IMG/VR virus record: IMGVR_UViG_3300037419_001822
Coordinates: 32,001-96,000 of that record
DNA length: 64,000 nucleotides
Source: a virus
Reading direction: 5' to 3' (one strand)
In this document: in pieces, positions 38,421 through 47,705 of the stretch
Position numbering within the stretch: the stretch's first letter is position 1
Layout: each line of letters begins with the position of its first letter
Notes under the pieces: generated by a model
Told to the model about the DNA's origin: nothing
What the model saw: the letters and a program-made list of their open reading frames with translations, nothing else
Database searches by the model: none
Program-made: the position numbers and the translations under genes

Positions 38421-39527
38421 ATGGGGTCAAGCGTGTCCTGCGCTACGTGTGGTGAAGCGACGACCCGACGGATGTACTGCTCCGTCCAGTGCAACTCGAA
38501 GGCCAAGGCCGAGCGGCAAAAGCGGCCGTGCGCTGGTGGATGCGGCCGGTTGGTCCACCGTCCTGGTCACGGCTCGTCGGGCGACGCGCCCCGTATGTGC
38601 AACCCCTGTCGCCGCGCCAGGCGCTGCTCGGAGCCAGGCTGTGCGGAGCGGCCCGAGGCCAGGGGGGTTTGTCGCCGCCACTACCATCTCGCCTGGAAGT
38701 CCCGCGCCTTCGGCAACCCCGAGTGCTCGGTAGTGGGCTGCTCTCGCGGCGCGCGCAGCCACGGCCTCTGTCAGGTCCATGCGATGCGGAAGCGGCGCGA
38801 TGAGGGTTACGTCGACCCGCCGCGTACCCGGCTGGTCGACAGAACGTGCAGGCGTTGCGACCTGGCGTTTAGGGGCTACTGCGGCACGAAGTACTGCTGG
38901 ACCTGCCGATCGGCAGTACTGGCCGAGCGCAACCGTGCGAGCGCTCGCCCCGCGAAGACCGGGCCGTGCAGCCACTTCTCGATCAACGACTGCCGGGCGT
39001 GTGGCCGCCTCTTCGTTGACAAGGGTAAGCGTGGTCGAGTCGCATGCTCGGCCGAATGCCGTGGGCAATTGGCCCGGGACCGGGCGAATCGACAGCGCGT
39101 CTGCGCCGGTTGTGGGGTGCCGGTGCCGAAGGGGTCGTATCAGCGTCGGTGTGAGCCTTGCCGGGTAGCCCGGCGCGAGGCGGTCCGCCGGGCGGCCTCG
39201 AAGGTGGCCGGGAAGCATCGCGCGCGGGCACGGCGCTTCGGGCGTCGCTACGAGCCCGGGTTGACCTGGCGGACGATCGCCAAGCGCGACGGGCTGCTCT
39301 GCTGGCTCTGCGGCCAGTGGACCGACCCCGATGACTTCGACCTGGTCGAGGGGAGGGATCGGCGCAGCGCCGTCGCCTGCGGCCCGACCTACCCGACGCT
39401 CGATCACGTCGTCGCGCTGTCCCGGGGCGGTGATCACGTCGGCGACAATGTCCGCCTGGCCTGTCACGCCTGCAACGCACGGAAGGGCGATCGAGATCCG
39501 GCCGAGTACCTCACCTGCCTGGGATGA
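38421..39527 (+). CDS. Large multi-Zn-finger HNH endonuclease
   Basis: Many CxxC units; C-terminal CWLC...TLDHVVALSRGGDH...NVRLACHACNARKG. Confidence 0.9.
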   Translation: MGSSVSCATCGEATTRRMYCSVQCNSKAKAERQKRPCAGGCGRLVHRPGHGSSGDAPRMCNPCRRARRCSEPGCAERPEARGVCRRHYHLAWKSRAFGNPECSVVGCSRGARSHGLCQVHAMRKRRDEGYVDPPRTRLVDRTCRRCDLAFRGYCGTKYCWTCRSAVLAERNRASARPAKTGPCSHFSINDCRACGRLFVDKGKRGRVACSAECRGQLARDRANRQRVCAGCGVPVPKGSYQRRCEPCRVARREAVRRAASKVAGKHRARARRFGRRYEPGLTWRTIAKRDGLLCWLCGQWTDPDDFDLVEGRDRRSAVACGPTYPTLDHVVALSRGGDHVGDNVRLACHACNARKGDRDPAEYLTCLG

Positions 39528-39756
39528 CATGGAGTTCGTGCAGCGGGGCTGGACGCCGTGACCGGATAGGATGGGCCGTGGTCCCCGCCAGGGCCATGGT
39601 CACCATCCTCAGTCGCAGCGGCCCCGGACTCGTCGCGCAGGAGCTGTCACTCCTGACGAGTCCGGGGCCGCTGTGTGCGTCGGTTACCCTGTCCGACCAG
39701 GTGTTCAGCCCGGGTTCAGCGTCGAACTCGACCGAGAACGGCGCGCAGGGGAGTCC

Positions 39757-39942
39757 ATGAGGGCCACGGCGAGGCAAGTCCGCGAAATTCTGGGGATCGA
39801 CGGCGCAACGCTGCGCAAGTGGGTGGAACGGGGTCACATCCGCCGCTATGGGCGGAATTCCTACGACTGGGACGACGTGGTGGCGCGGGGGCTGCCGTTG
39901 GCTGCAGGGCGGCCGGATCCGGACGAGAACGAGGCCGCCTGA
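39757..39942 (+). CDS. Small HTH DNA-binding protein
   Basis: ATARQVREILGIDGATLRKWVERGHI. Confidence 0.75.
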   Translation: MRATARQVREILGIDGATLRKWVERGHIRRYGRNSYDWDDVVARGLPLAAGRPDPDENEAA

Positions 39943-39962
39943 CGTCTCACGCGTCCATGCGC

Positions 39963-39991
39963 TTGCATAAACGCTTAAGACATGTCACGCT
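39963..39991 (+). promoter_or_regulatory. Putative late-operon promoter
   Basis: TTGCAT-N17-CACGCT with TTAAGACA operator half-site in the spacer. Confidence 0.4.
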
Positions 39992-40208
39992 TTCCGACGG
40001 GACACCTGTATCCATCTACGGGTGGTCGCCGACCACTGACATCCCCCGCCGCTTGGGGTCCTGCCCGTGAAGCAGTAGATGCGGTACGGAGCGCCACCGT
40101 CCTCAAGGCGTACAGACACCCCGCCGACGCACCTTCGTCCCAGACGTCAACATGGACGCCGGGGGGAGCGCGAGGGTGCGCGGCCGGGGTTGACCCTGGG
40201 GGTGTCCC

Positions 40209-40714
40209 ATGTCTGCTCCAACCGCTCCGGCCCCGGTTCGCACGGTCGAGCAGATCGACCGGGAGCTGCAGGCCCTGGTGAAGGGCCGCTCGTCCAACCG
40301 GGCCAGCGTGCAGACGCTGATGGGCCGGATCGTGGAGTCCACCGGCCTGATCGACAAGCTGCTGGCCGAGCGGTCGACGCTGACCAACGCCTGCCCGCCC
40401 ACCCTCGAAGGTCTCGCCTGAGCATGGCCCACGTCGAAGGCACCCTCTGCCTGGTCAACACGCACGGCCCCTGGTTCCGCGTGCAGGGCCGCCACCTGGC
40501 CAAGCCCGGCCTGCGGGTCCGGCTCTCGCCGCAGGAGGGCGTCATCATCGACGCCGTCTTCGGCCGCCAGGTGTGGGTGACGCTGGGCTGGTACCCGCGC
40601 CACCTCGCCTGCCGTGAGGTGCGCGGTGTCGGCGGGCTGCCGTCGCTGCGGCACCGCTGCTGGGCGAAGAGCCTGCGGGCCCGCACGATCATCTTCCCGG
40701 CCGTCGCCTCATGA
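40209..40714 (+). CDS. Two small hypothetical ORFs (40209-40421, 40424-40714)
   Basis: GC3-rich frames; second is coupled to HNH. Confidence 0.6.
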
Positions 40715-41004
40715 CGACCCGCCCGGGTCGCAACACGGGCAACTGGCAGCGCCTGTCGAAGGCGTTCAAGGCCGACTGCACGCGCACTCGCAGGCCGTGC
40801 TGGCTGTGTTCGCAGCCGATCGACTACTCGCTGCCCTACGACGACCCGGGCGCCTTCTCGATCGACCACTTCTACCCGGTGAGCACGCACCCGGATCTGG
40901 CCGAGGTTCCCGCGAACTTCCGGGCCAGCCACTTGGACTGCAACAAGCGACGGGGGAACCGTCCCCCGCGCCCGTCGCTGGGTGTGACGTCGTTCCGCTG
41001 GTAG
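40711..41004 (+). CDS. HNH endonuclease (HK97 gp74-like packaging cofactor)
   Basis: CWLCSQPID...SIDHFYP...NFRASHLDCNKRRG. Confidence 0.9.
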   Translation: MTTRPGRNTGNWQRLSKAFKADCTRTRRPCWLCSQPIDYSLPYDDPGAFSIDHFYPVSTHPDLAEVPANFRASHLDCNKRRGNRPPRPSLGVTSFRW

Positions 41005-41108
41005 CTGTTCCGCTCGACCCCTTTGACGTCCACCCGCGCTCAGTCCCTGGGAGGGGATCGCTGATGGACGTCCACGTTCCCCGAGGCACGACCGGCCGGG
41101 TCTGAGGC

Positions 41109-42302
41109 ATGAGCCTGGACGATGCGCTGCGCAAGCCGACCCCGGGCCCGGTGCCCGACCGGCCGCCCTCGCCGCCCTCGACCGAGTTCCGCGTCGAGGG
41201 CACCTCGGCCGAGGTGCTGGTGAACAACGCCCGCAGCCGCTCCGACGCGGGCGGCGACGAGGTGCTGCGCGCCAACGGCCTGGACCCCGAGGAGTGGATC
41301 GCCACCGCGTTCCGCACGTCGGAGTGGACCATGCACGGCGGCGAGCAGGGCCTGTCGACGCGCTGGAACTTCACCCGCAAGCCCGACGAGCGGCCGTCCC
41401 CGCCGGGCCCGCCGCTGGATGACCTGTTCGCCGCCATCGAGCACCGGCCGGTGCCCGCCCGCTCGGTCGAGCACGGGTCGCACGGTTTCGTCGTCGCGCT
41501 GGGGGACATGCAGTTCGGCAAGATCGACGGCGACGGCGCGGCCGGAACCCTGGACCGGGTCCTGTACTGCCTGGACGCCGCGCGGGCCGCGCTGGACTCG
41601 TACCGGAACCGGTACGACATCGGCCACGTGCACCTGGGCTGGCTCGGTGACCACATCGAGGGCTTCCAGTCCCAGGGCGGCGCCAACGTGTGGCGCACCC
41701 CCTTGACCTTGAACGAGCAGATCCGGCTGACCCGCCGGGTCATGCTGCACGGGCTGCAGTTGTTCGCCGAGTCCGGCGTGCCGCTGATGAGCATGGCGGC
41801 CGTCCCCGGCAACCACGGGGAGACGACCCGCTTCGCCGGGCACGGCGTGACCCGCTACGACGACTCGCACGACACCGAGTCCTTGATCTCGGTGTCCGAT
41901 GCTGCCGCGCTGGACCCGAACCGGTTCGGCCACTGCCGCTTCTACGTACCGGAGACCGACGAGCTGACCCTCGCCGTCGATGTCGCCGGGACGCGCATCG
42001 CGCACGCCCACGGCCACCAGTGGAAGACCAACCGCCACTGGGAGTGGTGGTCCGGCCAGGACTTCGGTCGCTCCCCGATCCGGGGGGCGCACATGCTGCT
42101 GTCCGGGCATCTGCACACGTTCCACGCCCACGCCGACGGCGGGCGCCTGTTCGTGCAGGTGCCGTCGCTGGAGGCGGAGTCGACGTGGTGGCGGCACAAG
42201 ACCGGCACCGGCGGCGACCCGGGCCTGGTGGTCGCGGTGACCAAGGACGGTGTGACGCCGGTCCTGGAGCAGATCCGCCCACCGATCCCGAGGAACTCAT
42301 GA
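41109..42302 (+). CDS. Calcineurin-like metallophosphoesterase
   Basis: GDMQ, LGDHIEG, GNHG, AHGH, GHLH motifs. Confidence 0.9.
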   Translation: MSLDDALRKPTPGPVPDRPPSPPSTEFRVEGTSAEVLVNNARSRSDAGGDEVLRANGLDPEEWIATAFRTSEWTMHGGEQGLSTRWNFTRKPDERPSPPGPPLDDLFAAIEHRPVPARSVEHGSHGFVVALGDMQFGKIDGDGAAGTLDRVLYCLDAARAALDSYRNRYDIGHVHLGWLGDHIEGFQSQGGANVWRTPLTLNEQIRLTRRVMLHGLQLFAESGVPLMSMAAVPGNHGETTRFAGHGVTRYDDSHDTESLISVSDAAALDPNRFGHCRFYVPETDELTLAVDVAGTRIAHAHGHQWKTNRHWEWWSGQDFGRSPIRGAHMLLSGHLHTFHAHADGGRLFVQVPSLEAESTWWRHKTGTGGDPGLVVAVTKDGVTPVLEQIRPPIPRNS

Positions 42303-42493
42303 CCGTCGCCGCGCGTCTGCGCCTGTTCGTCGTCCTGCTGCTGGCCCTGGCCGTTGTCGCGGCCGGTGCCGTGTCCGCCGCCGCGCACCGGGCCGAGCAG
42401 CCGCAGGCGTCGGTCTGCTACTGGGTGCTGGCCACCAACCCGTACCCGCACTGGGTCTGGTTCTGCAACAGCGGAGGCGGCGGCTCCTGGTGA
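42299..42493 (+). CDS. Small secreted peptide with C-x13-C Trp-rich tail
   Basis: Signal-peptide-like N-terminus; CYWVLATNPYPHWVWFC. Confidence 0.6.
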   Translation: MTVAARLRLFVVLLLALAVVAAGAVSAAAHRAEQPQASVCYWVLATNPYPHWVWFCNSGGGGSW

Positions 42494-43155
42494 GAGCCGA
42501 CACCGAGCCGATACCGGCCGTCCGCGTCCGCAGCCCAGAGCCCCCGCCGCGCCGGATGGGCGGCAAGGAGCGCGTCGGCATCGGCGTGCTGATCGCGCTC
42601 GGGTCGCTCGGTGTGGTCGCGATCGGGTTCGGCATCGCCCTGCGCCTGTCGCCGCCCCCGGCGGAGCACCCGGCCGCCCACTCGGCGGTCGCCGCGCCGG
42701 TCACCCATCCCACCGCGACGACCGTGCTGGCACCGCCGCCGGTGCAGACGACCTCGGCCCGCCGGGTCGCGCCGGACGTCAGCGCCACGCACCCCGGCGA
42801 CCTGGACTGCAAGGACTTCCCGTTCCAGGAGGACGCCCAGGCGGTCCTCGACGGCAACCGGGCCGACCCCAACGGGCTCGACGCCGACCACAACGGTGTC
42901 GCCTGCGAGAACAACAAGCATCGGCCGACCACCCCGCCCCCGGCGCCGCCGGTCACCACCGCGCCGCCCGCGACGACCACGACGCAGGCCCCGCCGACCA
43001 CGACCTCCCCGCCGCCGGTCACGACGACGTCGCAGCCGCCCGTGACCACGAGCCAGCCGCCGGTCACGACGACCAGCGCCCCGGCCACGACCACCTCGGC
43101 TCCGGCGACGACGACCACGGCCGCGCCGACAACCTCCGCCGGGGTGGGACACTAG
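42490..43155 (+). CDS. Membrane protein with Excalibur Ca-binding domain and Pro/Thr-rich tail
   Basis: TM helix; DLDCKDF...LDADHNGVACE; PPVTT repeats. Confidence 0.85.
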   Translation: MRADTEPIPAVRVRSPEPPPRRMGGKERVGIGVLIALGSLGVVAIGFGIALRLSPPPAEHPAAHSAVAAPVTHPTATTVLAPPPVQTTSARRVAPDVSATHPGDLDCKDFPFQEDAQAVLDGNRADPNGLDADHNGVACENNKHRPTTPPPAPPVTTAPPATTTTQAPPTTTSPPPVTTTSQPPVTTSQPPVTTTSAPATTTSAPATTTTAAPTTSAGVGH

Positions 43156-43228
43156 ACGCACGGATCGCTCGATAAGTCTTCTGGCGAGCCCGTTCAGACA
43201 CACCCCCCCCACCGAAAGGCGCACCCAC

Positions 43229-43552
43229 ATGCGCGAAATCGGCCTTACCGAGCTTGCCGTCAACGTCAAGGCGGGCGACCACTACTTCGTCAGCTTCCCC
43301 CGGCTGCTGGCCGAGGACGCCATCGTCCGGATCCGCGTCGGCGACAACCTGAACGACCCGGAGATGCCGGTGTGGGGCATGATGGCCCACCCCGATTGGC
43401 AGGACGTCGTCATCCCCTGGACGCCGGAGTTCACCGGCAAGCAGTCGCTGCTGCTGACCCGGGAGGCCGAGGAGCCGTGGCCCGGAGACGTCCGCCTGGA
43501 GGTCTGCGCGGCCCAGGGCGGCATGCTCGCCACCTCCTGGGTGTTCGCCTGA
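43229..43552 (+). CDS. Hypothetical protein
   Basis: GAAAGG RBS; coupled to the glycosyltransferase. Confidence 0.7.
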   Translation: MREIGLTELAVNVKAGDHYFVSFPRLLAEDAIVRIRVGDNLNDPEMPVWGMMAHPDWQDVVIPWTPEFTGKQSLLLTREAEEPWPGDVRLEVCAAQGGMLATSWVFA

Positions 43553-44592
43553 TGAAGATCCTCATGCACCCGGTCGACCGGGACGGCTGCGGCTTCCACC
43601 GCATGACCGAACCGGCCCGCGCCGTGACCGAGCAGTTCGGCGACGACGTCGAGATCGAGATCCGCTACTCGATGGACATCGTGCCCAACGGCGCGGGCGG
43701 CATGGACAAGGCCGACCTGCGCGGCGCCGACGTCGTCGTCATCCAGCGCCCCGAGCACGTCGAGTGGCTGCCGTACATGCGCCTCGCCCAGCACCAGGGT
43801 GTGGCCGTGGTGATCGAGGTGGACGACCTGCTGTCCGCCGTGCCGCCCGGCCACGCGGGCTACGCCGAGATCCAGCGCTACAAGCTGGACCAGCTACTGA
43901 CCCAGGCCTGCCGCGAGGCCGACCTGGTCACCGTCGCCACCCCGGCGCTGCTGCCCGAGTACGCCCGGCACGGACGCGGTGTCGTTATCCCCAACGCCAT
44001 CCACAGGCGGTTCACGGAGCTGCCCCCCGCCTACGAGCGGGAGCCCGATCTGGTGAGCGTCGGCTGGACCGGCGCGGTGAGCACGCACCCCTACGACCTG
44101 CTGGAGATCGGCACCGGCCTGGCCACCGCGCTGCAGCAGACCGGCGGGCACGCCCTGTTCAAGGTGTGGTCGCCGCGCGGCGTCGCCGACCAGCTCGGCG
44201 TCGGCTCGCTGCAGCGGCTGACCTGGGACCGCGATCCGGCCAGCTTCCTGACTGGCCTCGGCATGGAGCTAGACGTGGGCCTTGCCCCGCTGCGCGACGA
44301 CCGGTTCAACCGGTGCAAGTCGTGGCTCAAGCCGATCGAGTACGCGGCACGCGGCGTGCTGCCGATCCACTCCGGCGTCGGCCAGTACGCCCTCGCCGGG
44401 GTCGGGCTGCCCGCCCGCCGTGCCCGCGACTGGGCGAGGCTGATCACCCGGGCCATCGAGGACCCGGACTGGCGGCGCGAGCAGGCCGCGATCGACCACC
44501 GCCGGGTAATCGCCCGGCACCTCACCGAGCACACCGCCGAACGCTGGCTGGCTGCCTGGCGCGCCGCCGCCGACGCCCGGGTGGCCGCATGA
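43552..44592 (+). CDS. GT-B (GT4-like) glycosyltransferase
   Basis: GCGFHRM, DVVVIQR, EVDD, VIPNAI, VGWTG, DVGLAPL...FNRCKSWLKPIEY. Confidence 0.88.
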   Translation: MKILMHPVDRDGCGFHRMTEPARAVTEQFGDDVEIEIRYSMDIVPNGAGGMDKADLRGADVVVIQRPEHVEWLPYMRLAQHQGVAVVIEVDDLLSAVPPGHAGYAEIQRYKLDQLLTQACREADLVTVATPALLPEYARHGRGVVIPNAIHRRFTELPPAYEREPDLVSVGWTGAVSTHPYDLLEIGTGLATALQQTGGHALFKVWSPRGVADQLGVGSLQRLTWDRDPASFLTGLGMELDVGLAPLRDDRFNRCKSWLKPIEYAARGVLPIHSGVGQYALAGVGLPARRARDWARLITRAIEDPDWRREQAAIDHRRVIARHLTEHTAERWLAAWRAAADARVAA

Positions 44593-45086
44593 ACATCAAC
44601 CTCGGCTGCGGCGAGTTCCTGGCGCCCGGCTACCGCAACGTGGACCGCACCCACTCCGGCGCGGACTACAACTACGACATCACCCAGGGCCTGCCCGCCT
44701 ACGAGCCGGTCGAGCGGATCTACGCCGGGCACGTCCTGGAGCACCTGTACCTGCCGGAGCTGACCGGCATCCTCACCCGCTGGCGCACCAACCGATTCGT
44801 CACCCCGGACACGCAGATGGCCGTGGTCGGCCCCGACTGCGACCGCGCCGACGCCCTGTACGCCGACGGCGACCTCGATGACGAGGACATGGAGCTGATC
44901 GTGGACGGTGGGCACCGCTGGGAGGGCGACGCCCACCTGTGGCGCTCGACGGAGAAGCAGACCCTCGGCGTGCTGCTGGCCGCCGGGTGGAAGGCGCGGC
45001 CGGTGACGCCGATCGCGCTGGCCTGCGCCGGGTGGCCGATCGTGAGCCTGGCCGCCTGGCAGTTCGCCATCCTCGCCACCCCCTGA
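44589..45086 (+). CDS. Class I SAM-dependent methyltransferase
   Basis: INLGCG, NVD, HVLEHL motifs. Confidence 0.8.
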   Translation: MNINLGCGEFLAPGYRNVDRTHSGADYNYDITQGLPAYEPVERIYAGHVLEHLYLPELTGILTRWRTNRFVTPDTQMAVVGPDCDRADALYADGDLDDEDMELIVDGGHRWEGDAHLWRSTEKQTLGVLLAAGWKARPVTPIALACAGWPIVSLAAWQFAILATP

Positions 45087-45127
45087 CCGAGGGAAACGTC
45101 TACAGATCGAGCGACCTGTAGACGCAA

Positions 45128-45198
45128 TCCGGGCTCGTCCAATGGCAAGACGCCGCGCTCTGGACGCGGAAATTGAGGTTCGACCCCTTGGCCCGGAG
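45128..45198 (+). tRNA. tRNA-Gln (anticodon CTG)
   Basis: Acceptor TCCGGGC/GCCCGGA; anticodon arm CCGCG-ctCTGga-CGCGG; T-loop TTCGACC; no encoded CCA. Confidence 0.88.
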
Positions 45199-45200
45199 CT

Positions 45201-45285
45201 GGAGAGCGGCCCGGACGGCAAGGGCTGCGGCTGCTATCCGCAAGGCCGGGGCGACCCGGAGCAGGTTCGACTCCTGCGCTCTCCG
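45201..45285 (+). tRNA. tRNA-Ser (anticodon GCT), long variable arm
   Basis: Acceptor GGAGAGC/GCTCTCC + G discriminator; TGCGG-ctGCTat-CCGCA; variable stem CCGGG/CCCGG; GCAGG-TTCGACT-CCTGC. Confidence 0.88.
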
Positions 45286-45355
45286 CAGCCGCACAAATAG
45301 CACGTCAGCGTGCCATTTGTGCCAACACCCCATCCCAATAGGAAGGCGCACCCAC

Positions 45356-45751
45356 ATGCGCTCTCTCGACGAAGCACTCAACCTGTTCGCCTACCACCCG
45401 GCCACGCCGGAGGTGGCGGCCAAGTACGCCAAGCTGCGCGGCCTGGTGATGGAGCTGGCCCAGGACTCCTGGGACCTGATCCCGCCCGGCGCGGAGAAGA
45501 CCCTGGCCTACCGGGGGCTGCAGGACTTCCTGCTGCACGCCAACTGCGCGGTCGCGATGACCACCGAGGCCGACCTGGTCACCCCGCACGTCGCCCGCGT
45601 CCTGCCGACGCCCGCCGAGGCGGCGCAGGCGGGCATGGACTACATCAAGGCCCGCTACGGCGACCAGGACCAGGCGGGGCGGGTCCGCGACTGCATCGGC
45701 GGCACCTGCACCTGCCAGCCCAATGGCCGGGGCGACCTGGAGAACCGGTGA
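45356..45751 (+). CDS. Acb2/Tad1-like helical-hairpin protein (candidate immune-signal sponge)
   Basis: FAYHP...YAKLR...PPGAEKTLAYRGLQDFLLHANCAVA pattern. Confidence 0.6.
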   Translation: MRSLDEALNLFAYHPATPEVAAKYAKLRGLVMELAQDSWDLIPPGAEKTLAYRGLQDFLLHANCAVAMTTEADLVTPHVARVLPTPAEAAQAGMDYIKARYGDQDQAGRVRDCIGGTCTCQPNGRGDLENR

Positions 45752-47088
45752 AGGACGCCGAGCAGCTCTCCGCCGACCTGGACGACAAGCTCAGCGACGT
45801 CCTCGCCGGTGAAGGAGAGATGGTCACCCGCTGGGGCGCCGTCGCCGAGGTGATCGCCCCGGACGGCAAGCGCTACCTGCGCACCTTCTGGTCGGACGAC
45901 CTGAGCCGCTGGGACGGCATCGGCATGCTCACGGCCGCGATGGACGACCTGCGCGCGATGCGGGACCGCGAGGTCACCGAGTGAACCGCTACATGATCGC
46001 CGGGATCCTCGCCGACATGCGCGACGGCAAGGAAGTGCTCCTGCTGTCCGAGTCCTCCGTGGCCGCCCGCGACGCCTTCGAGAACATGGCCGCCTGCATC
46101 GAGCCCGGCGAGGTCACCGTCCGCACCGTCGGCAAGGAGCGCATCCACGCCTACGGCAAGGGCGCTGTCCGCTTCCGCTCCATCCGCAGCCACCTCGACA
46201 ACAACGTCGCAGCGGATGTGGTCGTCGCCGACGTCGATGCCCGGGATCACCAGGAGCAGATCGAGCGGCTCTGGTTCCACTTCGCCCGCCTGGGCAAGTC
46301 CGTCGAGCTGGTCCAGCACTGATGCGCTGCACCTGCCAACGCTCCGAGGGCCCGCACCACCACCGCTTCGGCGGCACCTACCCGTGCCCCGCGCCCGGCC
46401 CGTGCCGCGACTGCGGCAACGTTGCCCCGGTCGAGTTCGTCCCGCCCGACTGGGACGAGGACGACGAGGACCCGCGCAACCGATGATCATCCGCTGGCTG
46501 CACCGTCGTTACGGGCACACGCAGACGGTCACGCGCGTCTCGGTGCCCGGCTGGGATCCCTTCGCTCGCGGTGAGCTGATCCGCTGCTCCTGCGGTGAGG
46601 TCTGGGCGCGATGACCGGCGGCGAGCCACGGGAGTTCCCACCGGCGCGGGAAACCGAACCGGCCTGGCCGATGTGGCTGTACTGGTGCGTCGTTGCCCTG
46701 CTCGTCGCCATCCCCGTCGTGGTGATGTTCACATGACCGGCGGCCCGGACGACGGCCGCGAGCTGTACCGGCTCGGCGACGAGCCCTGCCTGATCTGCGG
46801 CGAGACCATCCCCATCGACTGGGACGGCCTGCTCGTCTGGCACTACAAGGGCAAGACCCTCGGCCAGCTCTCCTGGTGCTCCGGCTCCCGGCAGCGCCTG
46901 CACCCGGACTACCTCGGTGCCTGAGCACACCTGCGTGCACCACCTCGTGGCCCAATCGGGCCAGAACCTCTACTACCAGTGCCGCTGCGGCTCCCGCCGC
47001 CACGGTGTCGCGAACTACGCGAAGCGGCACGTCCCCGTCGACCGGAGCTGGCTGGCGGGGGAGAAGGACAACCCGTCATGACCGCTGA
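45748..47088 (+). CDS. Seven small hypothetical ORFs before the terminase (starts 45748, 45981, 46322, 46483, 46611, 46733, 46917)
   Basis: Coupled ORFs, several with Cys pairs. Confidence 0.55.
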
Positions 47089-47704
47089 ACGAGACCAGCA
47101 GAAGGCGTACGCCCTCAGGCTGCACCTGGCAGGCAACTCCCTCAAGGAGATCGCCGAGGCCCTGGAGCTGACCGAGGTGCGCGCACGCAAGCTGCTGACG
47201 GACGCCCTGGACGAGAAGGTGCCTCGCGACCTGCCGGAGCGGGCGCGCACCGAGATCGCCCGGATCGACCGGATCATCGCGGGCATCTGGAACGCCGTCG
47301 AGGGCGGCGACCTGGAGTCGATCGACCGCTACCTGCGGCTGTCGGAGCGCCGCGACAAGCTCGCCGCGCCGAAGCCGAACACGCAGGAGCTGGAGAAGGC
47401 GTTCAAGCGGACCGCCGCCGCGTCGAAGGCGCTGATCGACGGCGTGGACGACGCGATCGTGGAGCTGGGCCGCAAGACCGCCGAGCAGATCGACTACGTC
47501 ACCGCCACCGGCAACCCGACCGACGTCACCAAGGCGCTGTACCTGCAGACGTACGTGCACAAGGCGCTGCGGGAGATGCTGGCCACTCCGGCGGCGCGCG
47601 CCGACGCGGAGGCGAAGAAGCCCGGCGGCGCGACCGGCGGGGAGACGCAGAAGGCCTCGAAGTTGACGCAGCTCCGCTCGGTGACGGGCAGCAAGCGCGC
47701 CTGA
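47078..47704 (+). CDS. terS: Terminase small subunit (N-terminal HTH)
   Basis: AYALRLHLAGNSLKEIAEALEL HTH; LREMLATPAAR...KLTQLRS; directly upstream of terL. Confidence 0.8.
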   Translation: MTAERDQQKAYALRLHLAGNSLKEIAEALELTEVRARKLLTDALDEKVPRDLPERARTEIARIDRIIAGIWNAVEGGDLESIDRYLRLSERRDKLAAPKPNTQELEKAFKRTAAASKALIDGVDDAIVELGRKTAEQIDYVTATGNPTDVTKALYLQTYVHKALREMLATPAARADAEAKKPGGATGGETQKASKLTQLRSVTGSKRA

Positions 47705-47705
47705 G

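Noticed and set aside
39524-39760. 78-aa ORF between the HNH and HTH genes
   Set aside because: It overlaps both neighbours by ATGA, but codon pattern and translation are unconvincing; left uncalled
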